A program made the translations under genes and the position numbers. From the NCBI GenBank assembly GCA_017499595.2, contig CM039000.1:1364001-1428000 (forward strand): a DNA stretch of 64,000 nucleotides, written 5' to 3'. The notes below the pieces were generated by a model. That model was not told the DNA's origin. It searched no databases and saw only the letters and a program-made list of their open reading frames with translations. The stretch is from Psilocybe cubensis. Its lineage: Eukaryota. Positions 25,335 to 41,421 of this stretch are shown one piece after another (position 1 is the first letter of the stretch; every line of letters begins with the position of its first letter).

Positions 25335-28300
25335 ATGGGACAGAGCAGCTCGAAATATCATGAATCCTCAAGCGACCCAACCCCGGCACCAAATAATGCT
25401 GTCGCTGGCGCCAGTACCGATCCTCAGCCATCCTCTCTCAACGGAGTAGACGCTCATACTTCCGATTCCCCAGGTTCCCGTCGGTCATCTGTCCGGAAAA
25501 GTATCCTCAAATTGGTGAAGCCAAGCAGCATTCGCAACCGATTTTCTAGCGATCCCTCTTCTTCTACAGATGCGAAACGCTCATGGCGAAGGTCAAGACG
25601 ATGGTCGAGGGCTCCTCTAGCTGGCGCCACCCCTGATCCTCCTGACGTTCTGTCTGCTACTGCTTCCGCCTCATCGGCCAGCTCAACCACAGAATCTTCC
25701 AATCTTCCTCCTTTTCCTACCGATAAAGGGAAACAACGGGATATAAGCTCAACTGTTGAAAATGATGACATCTCGCTTGAACCGAACGTCGCCTCTGGTA
25801 CTGAGCCGTCGCAGTCGTCTGTCCCTCCTTTACCATCTCAAGCACATCCCGCCCATACATCTGTTCTCGAAGAATCTCCTGTCGTCTTGGTTAACTCTGA
25901 AAATGTATTCAATGATTCATCATCTATAGTTGATGCAGACCTTCCATCCACTATCGACAACTCAGAAAGGAACCAAGTGCCTCCCATTGCAGCACAGTCA
26001 CTTCCTTCTTCTCATTCTACTCCATCTTTAGAAAACCATCAAACTACTCCTGAACCCCGTCAGTTCCCCCCTCCTGGAACGTTGGTTGTGGTTCAGGGAA
26101 TTGTTCATACGACAGATGTATCGCGCGCCGGTAGTAGTCTCACGCCTGTAGCTAGCCCTCAGCCAGAACATCCTGCTACTACTACTACTACAACGTCTCG
26201 CCCTCCTTCTACAAGCGATCTCGCTGCTACTGAAACACGAGCACGCAATAGGTTATCCACTCTTCTCCGTCGTTCTGCGTCTCGTCCACCATCTTCCGCG
26301 GGCCCAACAACCGCGTTAGAGGCAGAATTTTCCCCAGCGCCTTCTTCTAATTCACACTTGTCGCCTGACGATGTTGCTCCAACGCGCTCAACGAGCCCGG
26401 TCCCAGGCGAATCCATTGATGGGGCGGCGCAAGAAGAACCCTCCCGTCTAACCACACCTCCACCACCGCAAACATCGACGACTGAAACTCGTGTGCCGGC
26501 CATTTCTTCTAGTAGCATTGATGTATTGGGCACATTACTGAGGTAGGCATTATACATGCCTTTTCAGGAATACAGTTGCTAACCAATCTGAATATATTGT
26601 TAGTGTTGCTGCAGCGGCAACAGCCGCGTCTTTACTTACCGGATCGTCTGAACCTATTTTATCATCCGGACTTGCCACTCCCAACCCCCCACCTCCACTA
26701 TCATCAGAGCCCTTGTTCACTTCGCCGTCTTCTGCTTCTTTGCCGACTTATCATCGACCGAATACTCCTATCCCCAACAATGTGTTGCCAGACATCTCAG
26801 CTGCGGGGAGGGCCGAACGCATGCGACAAGCCTGGGGAACAATCCGCGAAAGACTGGGCCTTCGTCCCTCTGCTTCTCCTATGCCTGGTGGCGCATTGAG
26901 GAATCACCCAGATGGGAACGGGAGCCCCTTCTCGACACGACCAAACGGAGATTCAACGGCGTTTGGACCTGCAGACACAAGAGAAATAATGCTGGCTGAA
27001 ATGGCCAGAGCGTTCAATATTGGTTTAGGTCTCAATGGCTTAGGGGGATTGGCTCCCTCTAATGCTACTCACAATGACCAGGGTACCCGTGAGGCACTCG
27101 ATGAGCCCACTCTTTCATCAGACGAAAGTGATCCTACCACCGCGTCACCTGAGACGCACCCAAACGCTTCTCAATCAACACCTGAACCGGGGGTGACTGG
27201 GGTAACTTTACCTCCAGAGGGCAGCTTTGAAAGATTCCTTGTGGATCTACAGATCGATCTACGAGCAGCATTGTCACAGACGGAGGAAGACAATACTTCT
27301 TCTACCCCAGAACAGCAAAATTCACAGCAAGTACGACAAACAAATGTTGCATACACTTCAGCAACAGCAGACCAACCACCGGACGTTGATGCGGTTAGCC
27401 CTGCACCACGTACTTCTCCTCCTGAAGTTCTTAACATCCGAAATCCCAACACCAATGAACAGCTACCGGGTGCACTGAGGACTGCCGATGATTCTGATGA
27501 TATGCCTTCGCTACAAACAGTTTCCGAATCTGAATCTGAGTCTGATGGCGCTGATGCAGCTGGTTAGTACTTACTTTATGTTGATACACCAATCTGACAC
27601 CATCCTCTCGGTATTTCATTCAGTTGAACCCCAGTCGGTTGACGTTGAGACTCGTACTGACGAGCATGTTCAACCTCCATCTGGGACAAGCCGCATCGAT
27701 GCCTTTGGTCGAATTAACTGGTGGAGATTGTATAGGTTCCCTCCCATACCCTCACGAGCAGACGCAACAGGTATGCGACCACCGTTCTCCCCGGCGCCAA
27801 CAAACAACCCCATGTCTTCTGCGGCGTCGTCAGAAGCAACTCTCACGCCCGATCGTTTTGCAGCTTCTTCGGGACAAGGCCAGGAATCAATCCCGTTGAA
27901 TCCACAATCTAATCCAATGCCCTCTCCAATACCTACAGCAGAAATGAATGGAGAGGTACCACGCCAAGCACAAACACCTGTACATGCAGTTGTTCCCGTG
28001 ATCGTGGTCGGCCTGCAATCAGTAAACCAAGATTGGAGACCTGACCTTCCAACTCAACCTGAGGACGGTATCGATATATTCGGGCAACCTCCCTCGGATG
28101 ATCTCCATACACACAATGTGCTACCGCACGAGCGTGCAGATGATGATGACTTGGATGGATGGGGTGGTCAGCAACAAGAATTTGCAGGTCTAGAGAATGG
28201 CAGGGGACGAGGGAGGGCCCGTGGATGGCATTCGCGAGCCGCCAACGCTATCCGCAATTTGAGGCCTGGGAGAAGAACAGCAGAAGCTAATGCTGGCATG

Positions 28301-28970
28301 CCAACGCCATTGATTGCACCTGGAAGCCGTACCTTCCTGATTTATGTCATTGGCGGTATGTTTTCCGTACACTGAGAATCCTACTTTTGATTAACAACGA
28401 TATTTTCTAGGATACTATCCGCCAGACCATAGCATTGTGACAGGTGGTCCGAATATATTGGATTCTTTCGAGGCATTACTGTATGACAGGTCTTCACACT
28501 TTGTATTTGTAATTGACATCTTGAATCTATCCAGGGAACTGGCGGATCTCTTAGGCCAAGTCAAACCACCTACAGTCTCTAAAGACGATATAGAAAAATC
28601 TGGCTTAGAGATCATCAAGGCTTCTGAGCTCGTTCAACACGAGAAGGATGGAAAGGTTTCATCCAATTGTTTAGATAGGGTAAGTCATCAGGTTTTCTCG
28701 TATCAGCGTACCTTGATGATAGATTTCTGCTTCAGTGTCTTATCTGCCTCGATGATTATGAGCCAGAAGATCCTATCCGTGTCATGTCATGTCGCCACGC
28801 CTTCCATAAAAACTGTGTGGATGAATGGCTCCAGAAGGGCCGAAACAACTGCCCTGCATGTCGCTCGACGGTGCGATAATTTTCTTGATATTTAATAAAC
28901 AAATTTTTATTTTAGAATCTAGGGTGTTGCAACAGATGCAGGTTCTACTATGCCCATGCCAGCCTCCTGA
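25335..28970 (+). CDS. RING-H2 E3 ubiquitin ligase with a long disordered N-terminus
   Basis: MGQSSSK (N-myristoylation-like) start. Conserved islands FPPPGTLVVVQG, NWWRLYRFP, TFLIYVIGGYYP. Spliced C-terminal CLICLDDY...CRHAFHKNCVDEWLQKGRNNCPACR; stop TGA at 28970. Confidence 0.85.
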
Positions 28971-30144
28971 TTCGAAGTCACCTTTCCCTCACACTATCTT
29001 TGGATCTAGACGCTTTCGATAACTTATTATTCCTTCGTTCCCACTTCCACATGCCTAAACCTCTGAAGACATGCCATACTCAATCCCACTCTCTTCTGGT
29101 TCTCGTATGGTTTTCATCATAAACCTCGACATTCCCTCACGTCCTACTTTTGTTTTATCATCTCTAACCAATCACCTAACTCCAAAATTTGTCCATTGTA
29201 GCACCAGCCCTCAATCATCTCGTTGTTTTTTCGATAGTTTTACACCCCTTTGTATGTTGATAATTGTGGTTCAATTTGTTTTTTCTCCTTAAATCATGTC
29301 ATCGTCATTTTTTAAAGAAGGAACTGATCCATCCAAACTACCTAATGATCAAAAAAGATTCGTTTCTTGTGACCAGACGCACGGTGGGCCTTAATAACAG
29401 TTGCAAATAAGGCAATCGATCCAACAAGTCTCAAGAAAGTTTCATATTGATCTTCTCCAAACCTCTTTCCTTTCTACGACACCCAGCCAATTTAAGGTCC
29501 ACCTTCTTCGAGTAGTAGCGTATCAATTGTCTGCAGGATACCTCCTTTTTCATCTTACCTGCTGTCCACTATGTTTAAAATTTCTTCCTACCATGCCAGA
29601 GCTTCGTGCGACTGTGGAATGTCTCACCGCAAGAAGTCTATTTTGCGTAGACCTGTGCTGGCTATGGAGGAAGGTATAATATATAGGCCTTCATACTCAC
29701 CATTTTGAAATAGTTTCTTACTCCGATTTGTCCTGGCAGTATTAAAGTTTTCCTCTGCAACTTCGAGGAAAGCCTTTATCCTGCTGTGGCAAGTCAAACG
29801 CGATATCACCGTATCTGCACTTCGTTGGATTCACAAGAGGTTGCGCAAACATCATGAAATTGTGGCAATTAGGTCAACTGTAACTTGGATGAAACAATTT
29901 TTGGGAAAGTTTTTTCCACATAGTTGTATGAGACCTTTTCATATTGCAACATTCCCGCTAATTCTCTAATTTTCTAGGCAAACACATTTCCACTCCTCCA
30001 AAAAGTCAACGAAGGTTACCTAGGCACCGTTTGCCAAAAAACTGGTTCCATGTACAAGAACGGGATTCTTCCCAGTTTTTATCCTCCGGTCTAACGTCCA
30101 CGGCTGGAAGCCCATGCTCACCCTGTGGTTTGAGGCCACAATAT

Positions 30145-30660
30145 ATGTCTCCGTCGCACATTGCTCCTTGCATACCTAATACACAACTACACCATTCACT
30201 CACTCGGCCAAACTACTCGTTTTCTCAAAATGGCTACTCCACCCCGTATACACCTCTCAACCAAATACTTCGCACCCCTCCCTATCCACCGCAGCTAGCA
30301 TATATTGCTATTAAGCGTACCCCTGCTCGCCCTCGTTCAGTCACATTTGTTTGCCTACAATCAATCGACAAATCTAAAATTTCCAGAGCCAACATCCATC
30401 GTCGCCTTTCTACGGTCGCGCCCCCAGAAGCCATTCCTATACGTGCTCCTAGACGCTTATCATATTCCCACCTGAACTATGGAAATCTCTCCCGACCATA
30501 TTCTGGAGTCTCTGGCACATCACAAATTGAAAACAGCTTATCCAACTCGAGTACTGACCTTCTAGCGTCACCCGTCACTTTACGCTCCACCTCCTCACTC
30601 TGTCGATCCCCCGTAGAAGTGACCGGTGAAAGGATGCGCATGAAAATACTCGCGTCTTGA
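30145..30660 (+). CDS. Hypothetical intronless S/P/R-rich protein (171 aa from ATG 30145)
   Basis: Longest ORF in a ~2 kb intergenic gap. Contains RRLS and RPRS motifs typical of disordered fungal proteins. No recognisable domain. Confidence 0.3.
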   Translation: MSPSHIAPCIPNTQLHHSLTRPNYSFSQNGYSTPYTPLNQILRTPPYPPQLAYIAIKRTPARPRSVTFVCLQSIDKSKISRANIHRRLSTVAPPEAIPIRAPRRLSYSHLNYGNLSRPYSGVSGTSQIENSLSNSSTDLLASPVTLRSTSSLCRSPVEVTGERMRMKILAS

Positions 30661-31153
30661 AAGAAAGGTTGTTTTTTGAAGTTTTCAGTGATATCCTTTC
30701 AACCAAGTTCATTCCATCCGCGATAACACCCCATGTTTTCCTCTTTAGAGAGTCTGTGATGTGATTGTATACTTTGATGTAAAACTCTGATGTATTGCGA
30801 GACTCCATTGTGAGTCGCAGTGATTTCGGTCAACCAAACTCTCAGCTGTCTATCAAAAAGCATTTAAACTCAGTTTTCTCACTGAAATTTTTGAGAAAAG
30901 GTTTATAGTAATGTGCCATCTATTGCGGCCCGGGATCACCTAGAATTTGTAGTGACCGTAACTGACAGATTCGCGATGGCACTGTTGACCATCACTACAG
31001 TTGTTGACGCCACGGTTACTACTTAAGCTTACTTCCATTCGACCACTTGTTGGAGTAGTTGAACCTAGGTTGGTGTTAGCAACGCACTTCAGGTGCCTCT
31101 TTAAACTACTTCCAAGCTAAATTGTTCAGAGTCTCCAACCGCATTCAGCACAA

Positions 31154-33228
31154 ATGTCCGGGGGCACTGTCAAAAGCTCCCTTACTTCTGTCCTTCCTAC
31201 CATACGGGTAAGCATTATAGAAACGATGTTGCCGTCTGCTCAACAGCTGGTTTCAAGGCCCCGAAAATTAAAAGGAAGCACCTTCGTAAAGTGAGTAGTA
31301 CGCGCAAAAACTTCAGGTGGATTGTTAGAACCAGAGCTTTTCATCTAGTATTCATGGCTTCCCGATGTATTTCGAATCAAAGGAAGTGTAAGTTTTGTCA
31401 TCTGTTACTTTTGCAACTATTCAAGAACTTACATGCCCGGGGTTCTTCCCTAGATTATGGGGCGCATTGTTGGGCCCGTCCTCACCGTAACTCTGTTCTC
31501 TATGCTTGTGTGTCATGCGTCCAATAGGGGCTACAAACTGGTCTTAATTAACTCCATCGTGCCTCTACTCTCCGTCGTGGTCAGTAAATTTTCAACTTCA
31601 TAGCTCCCCAAATGTACTTCATAATAACGGCTTCCTGGTTTAGGTCGGTCTAATTCTGGTATTCCGGTGAGTGGAATGTGCATCGTTTGGTTTCCTGTAA
31701 AGGCGGAGTCTGACACGAAGCGCTTTCCTCTCTGGCTTCTGACAATAGTAACGGGTAAGCCACTACGGGGCAGTCGTTTACACATTGTTTAATTCTCTCT
31801 CGTACAGAACCTCGTATGATCGTTACTGGGAAGGCCGAAAAGCATTCGCCGCCCTAACCTCTCATACGCGCAATTTATCACGCATGATTTGGATTAACGT
31901 CGGTCTCCCACCAACAGATGAACAACCTGCTTTTGCCAAGGGAAAAACTCCAACTACAGACATGACCCACAGTCAACTTAAGAAGCGAAAGGCAGATGCT
32001 TTGCGTCTCTGTTTGTCGTTTGTGTTTGCTACCAAACATTATCTACGGGGAGAGGATGGGGTCAACTATCCAGATTACCAAGGAGTTTTACCGCGTAACT
32101 TTGCGCGGTTTGACGAAGTCGGCTTCAACACCCAGCGAACGTCACCCAGTGGTACTTATGCGGCAACTAGAAATGACTCCTTGGGAAGCAGCCGCGACGG
32201 AAGTCAAAGTGGTAGGACAACCCCCGACACATACAAGCCTGATGCTACCAAAAGAGTTAGAGTGAAGAGGAGCAAGCAACAATTGACTGATCATTCAACG
32301 CCTTTACTACAAGATGTGCGCCGGAGTGTCGAGTTCCACCCCTTTGCCGATGAAGCTTCTTTACCTTTGCCTCTTGTGTGAGTCTAGTACTGTGAGAAAG
32401 ATTTAACTGGGAGTTGATACTGATTCGTTAATGTATCATGCAGCATTGCGCATGAATTAAGTCGAACAGTTTATAACTTTAGGAAGAGTGGCTGTCTAGA
32501 AACCGTCGGTCCTGCAGGTACCGTGGATGTAATATGATTTCTTATGGCCATTTTGTTGACTGATTTGCTAAAATAGGCTTGAATGGCATTACACAAATGT
32601 AAGGCATCTTATTTACGTCCAATCCAACTTTCAGCATTTATTGCTCCATTAGTATTTCTGGAATGGTCGACCAACTCACCGCTCTGGAGCGCGTCGCCAA
32701 TACTCCTATACCCATTTCTTGTGAGCATTCGCGTTTATAATACTGTATGAAAGTGTCATGACAGTTTTGAAGATGGCATACATCTTAAGCAGTGTGTCAC
32801 TCTATACCTTTTTGCTCTGCCTATGACTTTGGTTCATGACCTTGGCTGGGCAACTGTTCCCGTCGTGACCGCTGTTGCCTTTACATTCATGGGTATCGAA
32901 GGTATTGCTGATGAAATTGAGATGCCATTCGGTACGTCTCCAGTACTTTGAAAATTGTTATGGCTAAACAATAACAATATGGTGTAGGACATGATGACCG
33001 TGATCTGCCTTTGGGTTAGTTGATTCATCGTCTGTGGTGCTTAGATTTCTGACCAACATTGGGCGAACAGATCGATATTGCCAGGATCTCAAAGAAGAGA
33101 TTGAGTAAGCCGGCCTTTCACGTTACATGACTGTTAGCTCAAACACATTTCATAGATACATTATCGAGAGGCTGCCAGAAGGTGGAGAAGGTCTACATGG
33201 ATATGACGATGGAGAAGGTGACGACTAG
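31154..33228 (+). CDS. Bestrophin/UPF0187-family putative anion channel
   Basis: YSWLPDVFRIKGS, GLILVFRNGTSYDRYWEGRK, LERVANTPIP, FTFMGIEGIADEIEMPFG..D..DLPL. Stop TAG at 33228. The 5' exon structure and start are uncertain. Confidence 0.85.
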
Positions 33229-33393
33229 GCTTATGGATACTGGCATTCAGTTTTACGATATTTGAACGTTGATGATCAAGCGAATTGCAGGTTGCATTGC
33301 GCCTTAATGATAATTACGACATGGGTGTTTGCTGCTCTCTGTATTCTGGATAAAATCATATACCATTTGCACCAAATGCGGAAAATTCTATCT

Positions 33394-34414
33394 CTACTGG
33401 AATTCTGGCAGGCAATGCTCGCCAGGGCCGTATGGCTATTGTAATGAAATATGTTTGAAACCAGACAAATTTTAATAAAGATATTGGAGATTACCTTGGT
33501 GGTTAGATTGGTGAGACCGGCGGAGTTCTCACTCGTCTTCCTGCCACTTTGAGGTCCTGGTTTTGGCTTTTCGCCTTTCTTGAAGGCATCGAGAATTTTC
33601 TTTGTACTTTGTGGTGTCAAGTCCTCCTGCAAAAGTATGTGTTAGAATATGATTAACTTCAGCAAGAGAGACGGACTAACGTAGAAATCATCTCCAACAA
33701 CAAACATAGGTGCATTGCTGCATGCACCCTGACATTCTACCTCAACAACTGTAAACTTTCCGTCTGCAGTTGTCTGTCCGGGCTTGATTCCGCCGAGATG
33801 TTCACAAACAGTCTCGAGGATTTCCGTGGAGCCACGAAGCATGCAAGGTGTGGTTGTGCATACTTGAACGAAATTTTGTCCAATTGGTTCCCTGTCGTAA
33901 AATATCCATGAGTAACCATGTTACTCCCAACACACTATCTCTGAGCTCACCGGTTGAACATAGTATAGAAGGTAGCAACCTCATAAACGCGCATAGGAGG
34001 CATGCCAAGAAGATTCGCGACGTAGTTCATGACGCTGATGCTAGTCCATCCCTTATTTTGCCGCTGACCGAGGTCCAGGAGAGGAATGACAGCAGCCTTC
34101 TTATATTGAGGTGGATAGTGGGAGATAATGTCCTGCGCACGCTTCATATTTTCCTCATTGAATTCGAAGGCAATCTGATGATAGGCGTGAAAGAAGATGA
34201 GTGCATGAAGACGATATAAGAAAGAAATAAGGACCTTGGGGTTGTTGTATGGGGTATCTCGATGCTGAAAGAGAGGTTACTACGAATATACAGAGAGATT
34301 AAGACGAGCACGTACCACAAAAAGGGCATCTGACTTCCGAGACGGCGTGGAGGAAATGAACCTTCTCCGAACTAGACTTCGTGGAGGAGTCGACCTAGTC
34401 AGTCTTGAAAGCAT
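33394..34414 (-). CDS. NDUFV2: NADH:ubiquinone oxidoreductase 24-kDa [2Fe-2S] subunit
   Basis: Mitochondrial presequence MLSRLTR..., [57 protein letters not shown], ends [10 protein letters not shown]. Confidence 0.96.
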
Positions 34415-34918
34415 TCTCTCAGGCGCCGAGTGGTGAGTTTGGAATTATGAGTGGACGTGAACTCAAACGTTGGCGAGAGTGTCCGATTTGCGCACGTGAC
34501 TATCCCGCCAATCAAATGCACTCAATTCGTTGTTGTCTTTCTTCGTCATGAACTGGTTAGCTGTTTTCACTCGACATTCTGACTTACCTCTTACGATTGA
34601 TCACTCGTTTCTGCTGGTTGAGCTTTGAATTTACAAACCTCTCAGAACTTCTCCCATGAGTTATAGACTCAGATACGCTATTTCTTTCATCAACCAATCG
34701 CCATTATTAGGACATGTTCCACAGTGTATTCGCGCCCGGACTAGCATCCGGCTCTCTGATCTTCAGTATCATCTGACTTGAGGCTTTCTGTAATCAATGA
34801 CACCATACTTCCGGCTTCCTGCGAATTGCATGATGAACGAAAACATATATAAGCCTTTTCTCAAGTCCTGACTGCAACAATTCTCACCTCACTAGCCGCA
34901 TAATCATTCTGATAAGCC

Positions 34919-36536
<1,618 letters not shown>

Positions 36537-37213
36537 AGGGTTGAAGGAAAGCTACGGAAATACGTTTAATGATTCAAAATTTTGACAAGTTTTTTAATGG
36601 TTTTTCAGATACTTCAACAAAGGCTTGACAGAGACTAAAGCTGGCTGTATGCTTATGTTTGCATTCTATTTTTGGAGTCTTTTCATCAATTGTGTAACGG
36701 GTGCTTATCCGTACTAGTTCCGAAAATATAGGCGTTTTTGTAGGATGAATAATGCAAACATCACATACTACCACACAGATTGTGGTTACGTGTATGCTCG
36801 GCACTGTTTTGACCTCAAAATTACTATTAGTTGACTGGTGGCAGCTCAAAAACATGTTGAAACTTAGCATTGTCCAACAGCATCGCATTTGCATTTGCAA
36901 TGAGAACCATTCTCAGACATCCTCTCCGGTAAGTTACTGTTTCCTTCCATCCGATAATTCACTGAGACTGGTCCGCTTTACTAGTGTTGAATGACAATAA
37001 TATGTTCAATTTGTCAAGGAAAAGAGGGTCAGCATATTATGAAAAGAGTAGTTCCGAGCGATGCGGTATACATTTGTCGCTGAACTGGATGTCATACTTC
37101 CTGTATGCTTCTCACAGTGGTATCAGTCAGAGTGTATATAACGCTTGAACCAAGTCTCGAAGTTTAGCGTTGTACGCTGGTTTATATTCAAACGTACTCT
37201 CTTGAACTTGACA

Positions 37214-38802
<1,589 letters not shown>

Positions 38803-39191
38803 AGGTCTGTCACATTGCGTGGAATGTGATTCTCTGACAGTTTGAATACTTTAAATGACGGTGAATGCTCTTTTAACAGTGATTGTGGATACGGTGTCCT
38901 CACTGAGAGTGTTAAATCTACAAAGAATTGGATAATTATATTTGTTATTTGACTTCTGGTGTTCAGCAATGCTATTAATTAGACACTACTTGTTCAGGTG
39001 GCACGTCGGCTTTTCGGGCCTCCGGGTCGACAAGCAATGCCCAAGGCATTCTACATACTACAAATGTATCCCATGTTCTAAATATGACGTTTCTATCTTT
39101 GTAAATGGCGTCAATTTCTTCAACTATAAAGACCAATGACAACTTGAGTGTCGTCTCTCTAATCTTGTCTTCCCATTCTCACCAAATCATC

Positions 39192-40765
<1,574 letters not shown>

Positions 40766-41421
40766 TATTGAGTGTATTTGATTTGCAATGCGGCAGGTGT
40801 AGCGTTTCACCAAAGATCCAATTGAATAAATTAAGCGCCTTAATGACTGAATACACAGAAGTATCTTTGTGCATTTGCTGCGTGATCTGGCGTGCACCTA
40901 TCTCTGTAAGCTTGTCGCTTTGTATCCAACCCTATCCAACCCCTGTCCTATGTGGTGATAAAAATAGAAGCCGTGTCTGTCTATATTTAGACCGAGGCAC
41001 GTGGTCACTAGTACACCCGATCACTCCCCGATCATCCTTTCAAAATCCATTAGGGACTCGTAAACCACTAACATAACAGACTACTTTATGATGGTCAAGT
41101 AAACTATTTGCTGGTACGTGCATGCTGAAAAATATCAATAACACGAACTGATAAAAAAGTAATTTTATCGATCCACGAATATTTTTTTATGTTCAGGTTC
41201 AAGCCTTCTCGACAATTTGGCTTATGTTGAATTGTTCGCTTGCGGACAGCGTCTCCTTATGGCGTCTACGTATCAACCCTTGGCAACAAGCCTGTGCAAT
41301 TCGGGAGTCGGCATCTACACCTTTTAATCCTAACCTTAACTAGACACATTGTTGTTACTGGGTGGAACTCTTGCTGGGAACCTTAGTACCTCCAACTAGT
41401 ATAACAAACAACTGGCCAGCC

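Noticed and set aside
40766-41421. Search for a transposon footprint or adjacent NLR/protease partner next to the fusion gene
   Set aside because: No terminal repeats, transposase/RT fragments, NACHT P-loop or subtilisin/CHAT protease gene are visible next to it. Any partner must lie outside this window.
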